60,505 nucleotides of DNA from Candidatus Nomurabacteria bacterium (GCA_037134695.1 JBAXLU010000002.1:1-60505), one strand, 5' to 3'. Counted from the first letter of the stretch, positions 16,802-25,951 are shown. Made by a program: numbers and translations. The notes: generated by a model from the sequence alone, not told the origin.

Positions 16802-18484
16802 ATGAAGCGCCACAAATATATCTTTGTTGTTGGGGGCGTTATGTCAGGAGTTGGTAAAGGAATTACCACCTCATCTATTGGGACCATTTTTCAAGCCAAA
16901 GGTTACAGTGTAAATATAATAAAAGCAGATCCATATTTGAATGTGGACGCAGGAACAATGAACCCAACTGAGCATGGGGAAGTTTTTGTTTTAAATAGTG
17001 GATTGGAAACTGATCAAGATATGGGGAATTATGAACGCTTCCTTAATCGTGACGCTAGTGAATTAGATTATATGACTTCAGGTATGGTTTATAGTTCTGT
17101 TATTAAACGTGAACGTGAACTTGGTTATAAAGGAAAATGTGTTGAAGCGGTACCACACATTCGTGAAGAAATAACTTCACGCATAATTGAGAGTGCAAAA
17201 AAAAGTAAATCAGATATTTCAATAATAGAGATCGGTGGAACAATAGGGGATTATCAGAATATTATGTTCATTGAAGCAGCACGTGTTCTTAAATTAGAAA
17301 ATCCAGAAGATGTTGCTGTGATCATGGTTTCCTTCCTTCCTATTCCTGGGACATTAGGTGAAATGAAATCAAAGCCAACACAAAACGCCGTTAGACAGCT
17401 TAATTCTTATGGGCTAAATGCTGATTTTATTATTGCTCGTAGTGAATTTCCGTTAGATGATCGCAGAAAAGAAAAGATTGCGATTTCTTGTAATGTACCA
17501 GCGTCTCGTATTATTTCTGCACCAGACATTGAAAGTATTTATGATGTTCCAGAAAATTTTGAAAAAGATAAGTTGAGTGAAATGTTGGAAAAAATGTTGC
17601 ACATGAAATCACGTAAAATGGATTTAAGTGAATGGTCAGCCTTTGTCCGTAAAGTTAAAAATACTAAGAAAGAGGTTACTATTGCAATTGTTGGAAAATA
17701 TTTTGATACAGGTGATTTTGTTTTATCTGATGCTTATGTTTCTGTTATTGAAGCAATAAAATTCTCAGCTTTTGCTCAGGGTGCAAAACCAAAAATTATT
17801 TGGATGAGTTCAAAGAACTTTGAAGGTGATATTAAAAAATCTGAAAGCTATTGTAAGGAACAATTTTCTAATGTTAGTGGAATTATAGTTCCTGGTGGAT
17901 TTGGAGAAACCGGAGTAGAAGGTAAAATGCGTGTTATTAAATATGCTCGTGAGAATAAAGTGCCATATTTTGGACTTTGCTATGGTATGCAGTTAATGGT
18001 TGTAGAATATGCTAGAAATATGGCGCACTTAACCGGGGCCAACACAACAGAAATAAATAAAGAAACAAAATATCCAGTTATAGATATTATGGAATCTCAA
18101 AAGAAAAATATAAAAGATGGTAATTATGGTGGCTCAATGAGATTGGGTTCTTATCCTTGTGTTTTAAAAGCAGGAACAGTAGCAAGTAAGGCATATGAAA
18201 AATCAGGTAAAGGTAAGATAGTTTCTGGAAAATATATTATTAGTGAGCGTCATCGTCATCGATTTGAGGTTAATAATAAATATATAGAAGATTTAAAAAA
18301 AGCAGGACTTATTTTCTCAGGAACTTCCCCAGATGAAAATCTTATGGAAATAGCTGAGCTTCCAAGAACAGTTCACCCATTTTTCTTGGGTACACAATTC
18401 CATCCAGAATTATTAGCTAGACCACTTGACCCACATCCTTTGTTTACAGAGTTTATAAAAGCAGCGCTTTTAGTAAAGAAATAA
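16802..18484 (+). CDS. pyrG: CTP synthase
   Basis: KYIFVVGGVMSGVGKG, the GLCYGMQ glutaminase site and HRHRFEVN. Confidence 0.95.
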   Translation: MKRHKYIFVVGGVMSGVGKGITTSSIGTIFQAKGYSVNIIKADPYLNVDAGTMNPTEHGEVFVLNSGLETDQDMGNYERFLNRDASELDYMTSGMVYSSVIKRERELGYKGKCVEAVPHIREEITSRIIESAKKSKSDISIIEIGGTIGDYQNIMFIEAARVLKLENPEDVAVIMVSFLPIPGTLGEMKSKPTQNAVRQLNSYGLNADFIIARSEFPLDDRRKEKIAISCNVPASRIISAPDIESIYDVPENFEKDKLSEMLEKMLHMKSRKMDLSEWSAFVRKVKNTKKEVTIAIVGKYFDTGDFVLSDAYVSVIEAIKFSAFAQGAKPKIIWMSSKNFEGDIKKSESYCKEQFSNVSGIIVPGGFGETGVEGKMRVIKYARENKVPYFGLCYGMQLMVVEYARNMAHLTGANTTEINKETKYPVIDIMESQKKNIKDGNYGGSMRLGSYPCVLKAGTVASKAYEKSGKGKIVSGKYIISERHRHRFEVNNKYIEDLKKAGLIFSGTSPDENLMEIAELPRTVHPFFLGTQFHPELLARPLDPHPLFTEFIKAALLVKK

Positions 18485-18521
18485 TTTAAAAAGAAAAAAA
18501 TTAGCGTGATACAATGTAAAT

Positions 18522-18923
18522 ATGAAAAATAATCTTAATCTACCACATGTTCACACTCAAGATCAGCCTAAACTTGTAAAAGAAGGGGTATTTATTATTG
18601 ATAAAGAAGTTTGGAGTACTCAAAAAAGAATTGCAAGAATTTATGGACGAAGTGTCCCGACCATAAATGATCATTTGAAGAAAATGTATCGTGAAAAGGA
18701 ATTAACAAAAGCTTTAACTGAAAGAGCTTTAATGGTTACACAAAAAGAAGGGAAGAAAGAAGTGGCACGTAAGACATATGTTTATAATACAGACGTTGTA
18801 ATTGCTGTTGGTTTCCGTGTAAAAGGGGAATGGGGAAAAGAGTTTCGTGTATGGGCAAGAGAAGTAGTGCGAGAGAGTTATGATCCTTTGGAGCAGATAA
18901 AACATCTAGTAGTTCGTCGTTAA
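18522..18923 (+). CDS. RhuM-family protein, N-terminal portion only
   Basis: YNTDVVIAVGFRVKGEWGKEFRVWAREVV resembles the RhuM core. 133 aa is much shorter than usual for the family. Confidence 0.5.
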   Translation: MKNNLNLPHVHTQDQPKLVKEGVFIIDKEVWSTQKRIARIYGRSVPTINDHLKKMYREKELTKALTERALMVTQKEGKKEVARKTYVYNTDVVIAVGFRVKGEWGKEFRVWAREVVRESYDPLEQIKHLVVRR

Positions 18924-20521
18924 TTTATAACTTTAGGTGGTAATATTCGTTGTCTTGTATAGGATGTGTCGATAGTCCCTTTTTTTCCTGTGTTAAGAAT
19001 ATTATTTGGATCCCATATATTTTTTATTTTAGAAAATATTTCTAAAATTCTTGGTGAATAAAATAGGGGAAGAAAATTTGTTCCAATAATACCGTCTCCA
19101 CTCATTGAACTGCCACTACCTTTATATTTTTTTGCTATAGAAAAACAAGATTCAAATACTTCTATCACTTTGTTTGCAAATGTGTGTATATCATTTGGAA
19201 TAAAAGTAATGACAGAAATATGGCCACTACCAACATTCCCTGTAATGTTAAAAATTAAATGATTCCTATTGTGGTATTTTTCAATGTCAAACAAAGTTTC
19301 TGGTAAGTCGTCAATTGGTACAATTATCCCACCACCCGTAACACAAGGAACAAAAGTTTGACCACTATAACTATCTAATAATTTTTTTATATGATCATAT
19401 TTAGTAAAATTATAAAGATGATTACTGCCACTTATGCAATCAATGTTTTCCTCAGGTAAATTTAAAGATTTTATCAGTCTTTTTTGTTTGTCTTGTAAAT
19501 CTTTCTCATTATTTCCAGATTGATTTGCAACCACTGTTAAAACATGAGGTACGTCAGACGAAACTATTTCCTTATCGTGACTATCATAAGACTTAGAAAG
19601 GTTTTCAAGTAATAAATCGTACATAAAAAGATTATCTACTCCATTTGCTTTGCAAACTAAAACACAATCAGGTAAATTCCAGTATTCGTGGATTCTTATT
19701 AGTGTTGTTCTTTTAAATGTTGGTTTAGGAACAATTCTTAATTTAATACCTGTTATTATTGCAAGAGTTCCCTGAGAGCCAATTATATGATTTATAAGTT
19801 GTCTTGGACCAATACTTTGCCCCCATATGTTATAACCTGAATTATCTTCAGGACAAACTGGTTTACCGCCACGAATTATGTGTGTTTCCTTGGATAATAA
19901 TGGAAATAGTGATTGGTATACAGAAAGTAATTTCCCACTTGGGGTTATGCCATCTTCGATAATATGCTGTTCGCCATTTGAAAGAATAATAGACAAACCA
20001 GTAACCCAGGCACCAATTCCTCCGTGCTCAAAAGAGGAAGGGCTAACATTTTTTGTGGAAACAACACCACCAATTGTATCTTCGTCATTCTGTTCTGTTA
20101 AAAAGGGTATCTCTAATCCCCAACCAGATAAATGTTCTCTTATTTTTTTACAATCAATTCCAGGGTCAACATTTATAATATTTCCCAGCATGTCTAAATG
20201 TTTAATGTTATTAAAATATTTTGTCATGTCAATCACTATTCCTTCAACTAAGGCAGCACCGCTTCCATTTTTGCCATGTCCTTTTACAGAAACTGGAATT
20301 TTAAATTCATCAGCACAAGCTATTATTTTTTTAATATCCTCCACTGTTTTAGGGTAAGCTACTATGTGTGGAAATATCTTACAAGGAGAAAAGTCTTGAC
20401 TATGTTGTTCTAGTGTATGGTATGAAGCATCTATTTCCCCACTTAAAGTTCTAGCTAAATCTGTATACAGTGAGGGGACTTGGGATCTATTAAAGTCCAT
20501 GTTCGTAAAGACTTTTACCAT
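18920..20521 (-). CDS. FAD-binding oxidase (GlcD/PCMH-type FAD_binding_4 domain)
   Basis: N-terminal PCMH FAD-binding pattern (VAYPKTVEDIKKII...PVSVKGHGKNGSG). The start may be the internal MDFNR. Confidence 0.75.
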   Translation of the reverse strand: MVKVFTNMDFNRSQVPSLYTDLARTLSGEIDASYHTLEQHSQDFSPCKIFPHIVAYPKTVEDIKKIIACADEFKIPVSVKGHGKNGSGAALVEGIVIDMTKYFNNIKHLDMLGNIINVDPGIDCKKIREHLSGWGLEIPFLTEQNDEDTIGGVVSTKNVSPSSFEHGGIGAWVTGLSIILSNGEQHIIEDGITPSGKLLSVYQSLFPLLSKETHIIRGGKPVCPEDNSGYNIWGQSIGPRQLINHIIGSQGTLAIITGIKLRIVPKPTFKRTTLIRIHEYWNLPDCVLVCKANGVDNLFMYDLLLENLSKSYDSHDKEIVSSDVPHVLTVVANQSGNNEKDLQDKQKRLIKSLNLPEENIDCISGSNHLYNFTKYDHIKKLLDSYSGQTFVPCVTGGGIIVPIDDLPETLFDIEKYHNRNHLIFNITGNVGSGHISVITFIPNDIHTFANKVIEVFESCFSIAKKYKGSGSSMSGDGIIGTNFLPLFYSPRILEIFSKIKNIWDPNNILNTGKKGTIDTSYTRQRILPPKVIN

Positions 20522-20690
20522 TTAAATATAAAAGTATTATTATTATAACAATAACAAGAATAACGGTTGATATAAGAGCCACCCGGCGTAACTTAAAATA
20601 AGCATTATTTTCAGGTAAAACAGTCAGAGTTTCTTCTGCTAGCTCCTCATTACTTTCTTGTATTGTTTGATCGTAAGAAGATTCATTCAT
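20490..20690 (-). CDS. Small single-pass membrane protein (66 aa)
   Basis: ORF with a C-terminal hydrophobic helix VALISTVILVIVIIIILLYL. No homology recognised. Confidence 0.4.
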   Translation of the reverse strand: MNESSYDQTIQESNEELAEETLTVLPENNAYFKLRRVALISTVILVIVIIIILLYLNGKSLYEHGL

Positions 20691-20807
20691 CTTTTAAGTA
20701 TAGCTTGTTTTTCTATCATTTGTTTGTATTTACTGTCCACACCCTTTTACTTGCAAAAAGTTATATAATAAAGGATATAAATTATTAATGTTTACTTTAT
20801 TTATTTT

Positions 20808-22859
20808 ATGAAATCATTAGCATCCTTTTTCTCAAAAGTTTACTGTTATGTAACAGCTTTTATTGTTGTTGGCTCACCTTTGTTTTTTATCCCAAAAACA
20901 AGTTTTTCGCCAGAAGTTTCATATCAAATGACTATGACGATAGCAATAAGTATAGCGCTTGTTTCTTATATTATTTCAGCTTTAATTACTAGAACATGGC
21001 ATACAATATCTAAGTTAGAATTTCTAGCCTATGGCCTATTTACACTTTCAGTAGTGGGCTCTGTTGTTTTTGCTCGTAATCCAATGTTTTCTCTTTTCGG
21101 AGAATATTTAAATACTTACAATGCTGTATCGCTTCTATCTCTAGTTGCAGTTATGTATCTTGTACGTGCATTACCAGAAGCACTTAGACATAGATTAAAG
21201 ATGCTTTTGGTTGGAATATTAGGTACAGCATCTGTTGTGTTTATATTTTTGATGCTTTTCACAGGGCAGATTATGAATTTCCTCGCAAATCTTTTCAGTG
21301 GCTTCACCAGTCCAGCATCTTTAGCTGCCTATATCGGAATCTTTGTAATAGCCATGCTTTTCTATGTTAAAAGAACAAAGCTGTCTATGGCTTATAAAAT
21401 CTCTCTAGCTTTTGCCGCAGTTGTTATCTTAGCTTGGGCTATTGCGATTTCTGCTAATGACGGGGTTCGTCCTAATTTAACAAGTTCTCTTCTTGTTGGA
21501 AAGGAAGTTCTTATTAAGGATGGATTGTTTGGAATAGGGGCCAATGGCTACTCTCGTGCTTGGCAGTTGTATAGACCACTTAGTGTTGTAGAATCACAAT
21601 ACTTTGGTTCAGATTTTGAACAAGGTTTTGGAACAACTACCACACTCTTCACAACTATTGGTATATTTGGAGTATTAGCATTCATCCTTCTTGGTCTTGC
21701 TGCATTGTACAGTACATACAGAAGTTATCGCGAGGAAAATGATACAGAGGAAAAAGCTATTCTTGAAATTCTTGGTGTAATTCTTCTTTACTTTGCAATC
21801 GTAGCTTGGATAATACCACTATCTTACGCAATGCTTGTTACCTGGATGGTTATAGCAGGACTTGGTCTTGCAAAGGCAAAATTAACAGCTTTTCATCCAA
21901 ATAAAGCAGCAGCATTCGTTCTCGTTCCTCTAGCTGTAATTCTAGTACTGTATTCTTACATGAGTATAAATAAGTCAAGAGCTGGTATGTATTTTAATAA
22001 AGCTGCAAATGCCGTATCTGCAAAAGATAAGACTGCTAATATTGATAATTTAGTTGCGCAGGCCACAAGTATTTATCCATATGATGGATTCTACAGATGG
22101 CATTTAGAGTATATTATTAGTGAGGAAAGAGCTTTTGTTGCACAGGAAAACAAAGACCAAGAGGCAATGAAGAAAACATATTTGGAAAATGCTCAAAAAG
22201 CGGTTGATGCAGGTAAGTCAGCTGTAAAAGCAAATCCCGACAATTATCAAAACTATGTTTCTCTAGGACGTGCTTATGAATTAGCTGTTATGTTTGATAA
22301 AGAAAATGCATATAAAACAGCTAAAAAGTCATATGAGGAGGCTATAAAGTTATATCCGGAGAATCCTTACTTATACGTAATATTAGCTCGTCTTGAGGCA
22401 TCTGCGGGCACTAAGGAGGGTGTTAGAACTCAACTAACAGAAGCTCTAAAGAAGAAGCAAAATTTTGCTGACGCACTGTACTTGATGAGTCAACTAGAAT
22501 CTTCAGAAAGTAAAGGAGAAGAAGCTCTAAAGTATGCAGTTGAAGCTGTTAAGAATGCACCAGGAGATCCATTGGTTTATACACAAGCAGGACTTCTATA
22601 CTATGGAAAGAAGGATTATCAGAACGCTTACACTAACTTGAATACAGCTCTTGAAAAAGATCCAAATAATGCAAACGTTGCTTATTTCCTAGCATTAACT
22701 CTAAGAGATGGTGGACAACCAGGCGCTGCAAAGCAAATCGGTCAGGAACTATTAAGACGTAATCCAGGTAATGCTGATCTAGAAGCTTTTCTTAAATCAA
22801 TAGACACATTAGAGGCACAAGCTACACAAGCAACTTCAAAACCAGCTGCTAAAAAGTAG
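20808..22859 (+). CDS. Polytopic membrane protein with O-antigen-ligase-like core and C-terminal TPR repeats
   Basis: About 390 aa of TM helices including GIGANGYSRAW, then TPR-like repeats (YQNYVSLGRAYE..., AIKLYPENPY...). Confidence 0.55.
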   Translation: MKSLASFFSKVYCYVTAFIVVGSPLFFIPKTSFSPEVSYQMTMTIAISIALVSYIISALITRTWHTISKLEFLAYGLFTLSVVGSVVFARNPMFSLFGEYLNTYNAVSLLSLVAVMYLVRALPEALRHRLKMLLVGILGTASVVFIFLMLFTGQIMNFLANLFSGFTSPASLAAYIGIFVIAMLFYVKRTKLSMAYKISLAFAAVVILAWAIAISANDGVRPNLTSSLLVGKEVLIKDGLFGIGANGYSRAWQLYRPLSVVESQYFGSDFEQGFGTTTTLFTTIGIFGVLAFILLGLAALYSTYRSYREENDTEEKAILEILGVILLYFAIVAWIIPLSYAMLVTWMVIAGLGLAKAKLTAFHPNKAAAFVLVPLAVILVLYSYMSINKSRAGMYFNKAANAVSAKDKTANIDNLVAQATSIYPYDGFYRWHLEYIISEERAFVAQENKDQEAMKKTYLENAQKAVDAGKSAVKANPDNYQNYVSLGRAYELAVMFDKENAYKTAKKSYEEAIKLYPENPYLYVILARLEASAGTKEGVRTQLTEALKKKQNFADALYLMSQLESSESKGEEALKYAVEAVKNAPGDPLVYTQAGLLYYGKKDYQNAYTNLNTALEKDPNNANVAYFLALTLRDGGQPGAAKQIGQELLRRNPGNADLEAFLKSIDTLEAQATQATSKPAAKK

Positions 22860-22860
22860 G

Positions 22861-23496
22861 ATGAAGATTAATGAGATACAATCAACCCTAGATCAATTAA
22901 AAGAAAGACATCCTAAATTAAATGAGGGGCTTATATCCACATTGCTTGGTGCTGGTGGTTGGGATGATGTTTCTATAAAAGAAGCTATAGCTTTATTTAA
23001 ATCTAATCAAGAAACTCCAAGTTTACCGCACCAAGATAATATTTCTTTTCTAGAATTACCGAGTCTTTTGCTGAGTGATAAGAATAAAGGTGAAGATCAA
23101 ATAAAAGAAAAACCAAAGGAATCTTTGGTTGCTTCTTTGGCAGCTAATTTACTTAATAAGAAAGTAAAATTTAAAGCTACTCTGCCAGATGATTTGCCAC
23201 TTAAACCATTTGATTCTTCCCCAAATGTGTGGTCATTTTCAAGGTATAAGGATATTTTTTATGGAAATGAAAAAGAGGAAGATACTGAAGGGGAAGTTGT
23301 TGTAAACAAATCAACTAAAAAAATAAAAGAAGAAAAAGAAAAGATCAATAAGCAGAAAATGTTTAAGATCGTGGAGGTGGACTTAGAAAAGGTTCCTGTA
23401 ACAACAGAAGATGAAGGTATTATTGTTTCTATAGGAATGTTTCTACTTATAATAGTTCTTCTTGTTATATATATGTACCTTAATGGTAGGCTTTAA
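22861..23496 (+). CDS. Hypothetical protein with C-terminal TM anchor
   Basis: ORF abutting the upstream stop, with a lysine/glutamate-rich middle and a C-terminal hydrophobic helix. Confidence 0.55.
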   Translation: MKINEIQSTLDQLKERHPKLNEGLISTLLGAGGWDDVSIKEAIALFKSNQETPSLPHQDNISFLELPSLLLSDKNKGEDQIKEKPKESLVASLAANLLNKKVKFKATLPDDLPLKPFDSSPNVWSFSRYKDIFYGNEKEEDTEGEVVVNKSTKKIKEEKEKINKQKMFKIVEVDLEKVPVTTEDEGIIVSIGMFLLIIVLLVIYMYLNGRL

Positions 23497-23625
23497 ATAG
23501 CTAACAGCTTACTGTCAACAGTTTACAGAAAATACAAAAGCAGTGCCTACGGCACTATTTCTTGTGTTTACTAAACGCTACAGGCTGTACGCTAAACGCT
23601 GCCCCACGTGTTAAACTAAGTTTCT

Positions 23626-24405
23626 ATGGAAAATAATTACGATTTTAAAAAGTTTACTTTTATTAGTGGTGGGGTTGCTCTTATTACAATTGCATTACTC
23701 GCAATCGTTATGAGCTTATCTGAGTGGAAGACTATGAGTCGCGGAGGATCTAACTCTGCATCTATTACAGTTTCAGGTGTTGGAGAAATAACAGCCGCAC
23801 CGGATATTGCAACTGTTAATTTCACAATACGTGAAAGTGCCAAGACAGTACCTGAGGCTCAAAAGTTAGCTGAAGCAAAAATGGTAAAGGCACTTTCTTC
23901 ACTTTCTGCATTAGGGATTGATAAAAAAGATACAAAGACAGTTTCTTATACAGTAAATCCAAAATATGAGTCACAGGCAACTTATTGTACAAATGGATAT
24001 TGTCCAGTTGGTAAAACAACCATAACTGGTTATGAAATAAGTGAATCAGTACAAGTTAAAGTTAGAAAAATTGAAAAAGCAGGAGATGTGTTAGGCGCAT
24101 TAGGTGCAATTAATATTACAGAAATAAGTGGCCCAGAATTTACAGTTGATGATATTAATAAAGCAAACGCTGATGCAAAGGCAAAAGCAATTGCTGACGC
24201 TCGCTCCAAAGCAAAAGCTACAGCAGACGCGCTCGGTGTATCACTCGGGTCTATTACTCAATACTCCGAAGATAATGGTGGATATTATCCAGTTGCCTAT
24301 GGAATGGGTGCTTCAATGAAAAGTCAGGCAATGGATTCAGTTTCTGTTCCAACAGGGGAAAGTGTAATCAAGGCACATGTTTCTGTTACATACAGCGTGA
24401 ACTAG
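23626..24405 (+). CDS. SIMPL/DUF541-family periplasmic protein
   Basis: N-terminal TM, ITVSGVGEITAAPDIATVNFTI and overall SIMPL-like pattern. Confidence 0.7.
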   Translation: MENNYDFKKFTFISGGVALITIALLAIVMSLSEWKTMSRGGSNSASITVSGVGEITAAPDIATVNFTIRESAKTVPEAQKLAEAKMVKALSSLSALGIDKKDTKTVSYTVNPKYESQATYCTNGYCPVGKTTITGYEISESVQVKVRKIEKAGDVLGALGAINITEISGPEFTVDDINKANADAKAKAIADARSKAKATADALGVSLGSITQYSEDNGGYYPVAYGMGASMKSQAMDSVSVPTGESVIKAHVSVTYSVN

Positions 24406-24513
24406 TTCGACGAGCGAGAGCGAGGAAGATACTGAGCACAACAGTACGAAGTGTTAGAAGTTAGGGGTTAGAAGATAATACAGAGACCAGAAGACAGATA
24501 GCAGAAAATACAC

Positions 24514-24541
24514 AAAAACGGCACCTTCGGTGCCGTTTTTG
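24514..24541 (+). terminator. Intrinsic terminator (UUCG tetraloop)
   Basis: AAAAACGGCACC-ttcg-GGTGCCGTTTTT. Confidence 0.85.
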
Positions 24542-24573
24542 CCTTGTAAAATAAGGAATTTTGGTGATTTATA

Positions 24574-24602
24574 TTGACTTTTAGTCCAAAATGTGCTATT
24601 CT
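24574..24602 (+). promoter_or_regulatory. Sigma-70-like promoter of the GC-rich cassette
   Basis: TTGACT (24574-24579), 17 nt spacer, TATTCT (24597-24602). Confidence 0.5.
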
Positions 24603-24635
24603 GTATCAGATAATCGTTCTTTTACAGTTTTTGAT

Positions 24636-24703
24636 GTTTACCATAGCTTCAAGCTTTAATTCCTTCTCAAACTTTGAGAAAAAGGTTTGAAGCTATGGTA
24701 AAC
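24636..24703 (+). promoter_or_regulatory. 68-nt near-perfect palindromic leader hairpin
   Basis: GTTTACCATAGCTTCAA (24636-24652) pairs with TTGAAGCTATGGTAAAC (24687-24703). The stem extends through wobble pairs and is capped by the inner hairpin TTCTCAA-act-TTGAGAA. Confidence 0.6.
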
Positions 24704-24780
24704 AAACTTTCGTTTGAGCCCTCTAGCATGGTAAAGCTACGCTTCTGTGCGTGGTTAGCCAAATTTCAGGAGTTATACAA

Positions 24781-25398
24781 ATGAACAAGCCTTCACAAGG
24801 TCAGGTTCTCAACGCAATCGCCATTTTGATGAATAATGCGGATTGGGGGGCTATAAGTAGCACCAGTTTGCAAAGCTTTATCGACAATCCTCGCGCCGCA
24901 GGGTCACAGTTTACTGCTTTCCTAAAATACGGAGGTGTCGAACAGCCCAAGGTGGTTGTCCATATTGACCGCACCTCTGCTTTCGACCCCGTCGCCTTCA
25001 TCGGCGAAGGCTGGTCGTTTGCCGAAGCACGCAACCCGCGTTCGGCTGCCCTCGGCCTTCTCGATTATTACAGCAAGGTGAAGCTGTCGACGGACTGGCT
25101 GGAAGGCAAGTCGAGTGTCGACGGCGAAACCCGGCGTACGCGAATTCTCGTCGATACCGCAAGCACCCCGCTCAACGCCGACCATTTTCTCGACCTCTGG
25201 AACAACAAAGAAAAGATTCCCGAGGAATGGAAGAAGGTCAAGGGTGTGATCACCTTCGATGGTGATGTCCTTCGGGACTCGCGCGGTGACCGTTACATCC
25301 TGTGCTTGTACTGGAGCGATGGCCGGTGGTCCTGGTACGGCCATTGGCTCGGCCGCAAGTGGCACGCTGCCTACCCGTCTGCCGTTCTGGCAAGTTAG
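24781..25398 (+). CDS. Orphan GC-rich hypothetical protein (205 aa), no family recognised
   Basis: AGGAG (24768-24772) lies 8 nt before ATG 24781. Long open frame in DNA of about 60% G+C. The ORF-track GTG start at 24751 is less likely. Confidence 0.65.
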   Translation: MNKPSQGQVLNAIAILMNNADWGAISSTSLQSFIDNPRAAGSQFTAFLKYGGVEQPKVVVHIDRTSAFDPVAFIGEGWSFAEARNPRSAALGLLDYYSKVKLSTDWLEGKSSVDGETRRTRILVDTASTPLNADHFLDLWNNKEKIPEEWKKVKGVITFDGDVLRDSRGDRYILCLYWSDGRWSWYGHWLGRKWHAAYPSAVLAS

Positions 25399-25623
25399 AA
25401 CTTCGGATTAGTTCACTTAGGTCTTTTAGACCCTTTGACCTTAGTCCTTGAAGCCGATTGGTGCCGTCGGTAACTGCGCTGGCATGGATGACGCCAGTAA
25501 TGTTTACATCGGCCAGCCGGTGCAAAACAAAATACTGGCGGCGGCCATTGCCAAGAACAAATCTTTGTTCTCAAACGGCAATCTGACTGCCGGCAACGCC
25601 AAGAAGTGACAAATGTAGCCACC

Positions 25624-25679
25624 AACCCGCCCCATTGGAGACCCGCAAGCGTCTCCATATGTGAGCGGGTTTTCTTTTT
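25624..25679 (+). terminator. Nested-hairpin intrinsic terminator inside the GC-rich cassette
   Basis: Outer stem AACCCGC (25624-30)/GCGGGTT (25665-71), inner hairpin TGGAGAC/GTCTCCA, then TTTTCTTTTT. Confidence 0.65.
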
Positions 25680-25922
25680 GTATTTAAACCAAACCCCAGT
25701 TTTACATTTTGAAAACCGCCACGGAGCGTGGTAGCGAGTGAGAACGAATTCTCTAGCTTGCCACGGCCAGCCGGCGTGGCAAGAAAAGGACACGGCTTTT
25801 TAAAATGAAAGATAAAAATAAAAAGAAATTTTGAATGATTAGGATTATGTTTTCTTATTTCTATGATCCAGCTACACACAGTGTTGCTGGGTCAAATTTT
25901 GCTATTTGGCCCACAGCAAAAT

Positions 25923-25951
25923 TTGACTTATATAACTAGTTAATGTAATAT
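25923..25951 (+). promoter_or_regulatory. Candidate secE-nusG promoter
   Basis: TTGACT (25923-28), 17 nt spacer, TAATAT (25946-51). The -35 box lies inside the right arm of a 13-bp inverted repeat. Confidence 0.5.

Noticed and set aside
25399-25800. GC-rich tail as RNase P RNA, SRP RNA or a tRNA (tRNA-Trp commonly precedes secE)
   Set aside because: Neither strand shows the GAGGAAAGUCC-type CR-I, ACAGAA.CCGGCUUA CR-V, a GNRA-capped SRP domain IV, or a GTTCGAAT-type T-loop cloverleaf. The identity is left open.
24548-25840. The GC-rich cassette as a simple assembly chimera or contaminant
   Set aside because: This cannot be excluded without reads. Three things argue against it: both flanks are host-like and syntenic; the promoter, leader and first ~100 nt of the ORF have host-like AT-rich composition; and a host-style stutter spacer follows the ORF stop. 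It is kept as a finding, with the read check listed first.
24801-25879. Six antisense or out-of-frame ORFs in the track (24801..25034-, 24922..25365-, 25068..25253-, 25250..25525-, 25413..25793-, 25571..25879-)
   Set aside because: They are confined to the GC-rich block, where stop codons are rare. Their W/R/C/P-rich composition is typical of wrong-frame translation, they have no SD sequences, and most overlap the better-supported plus-strand ORF.
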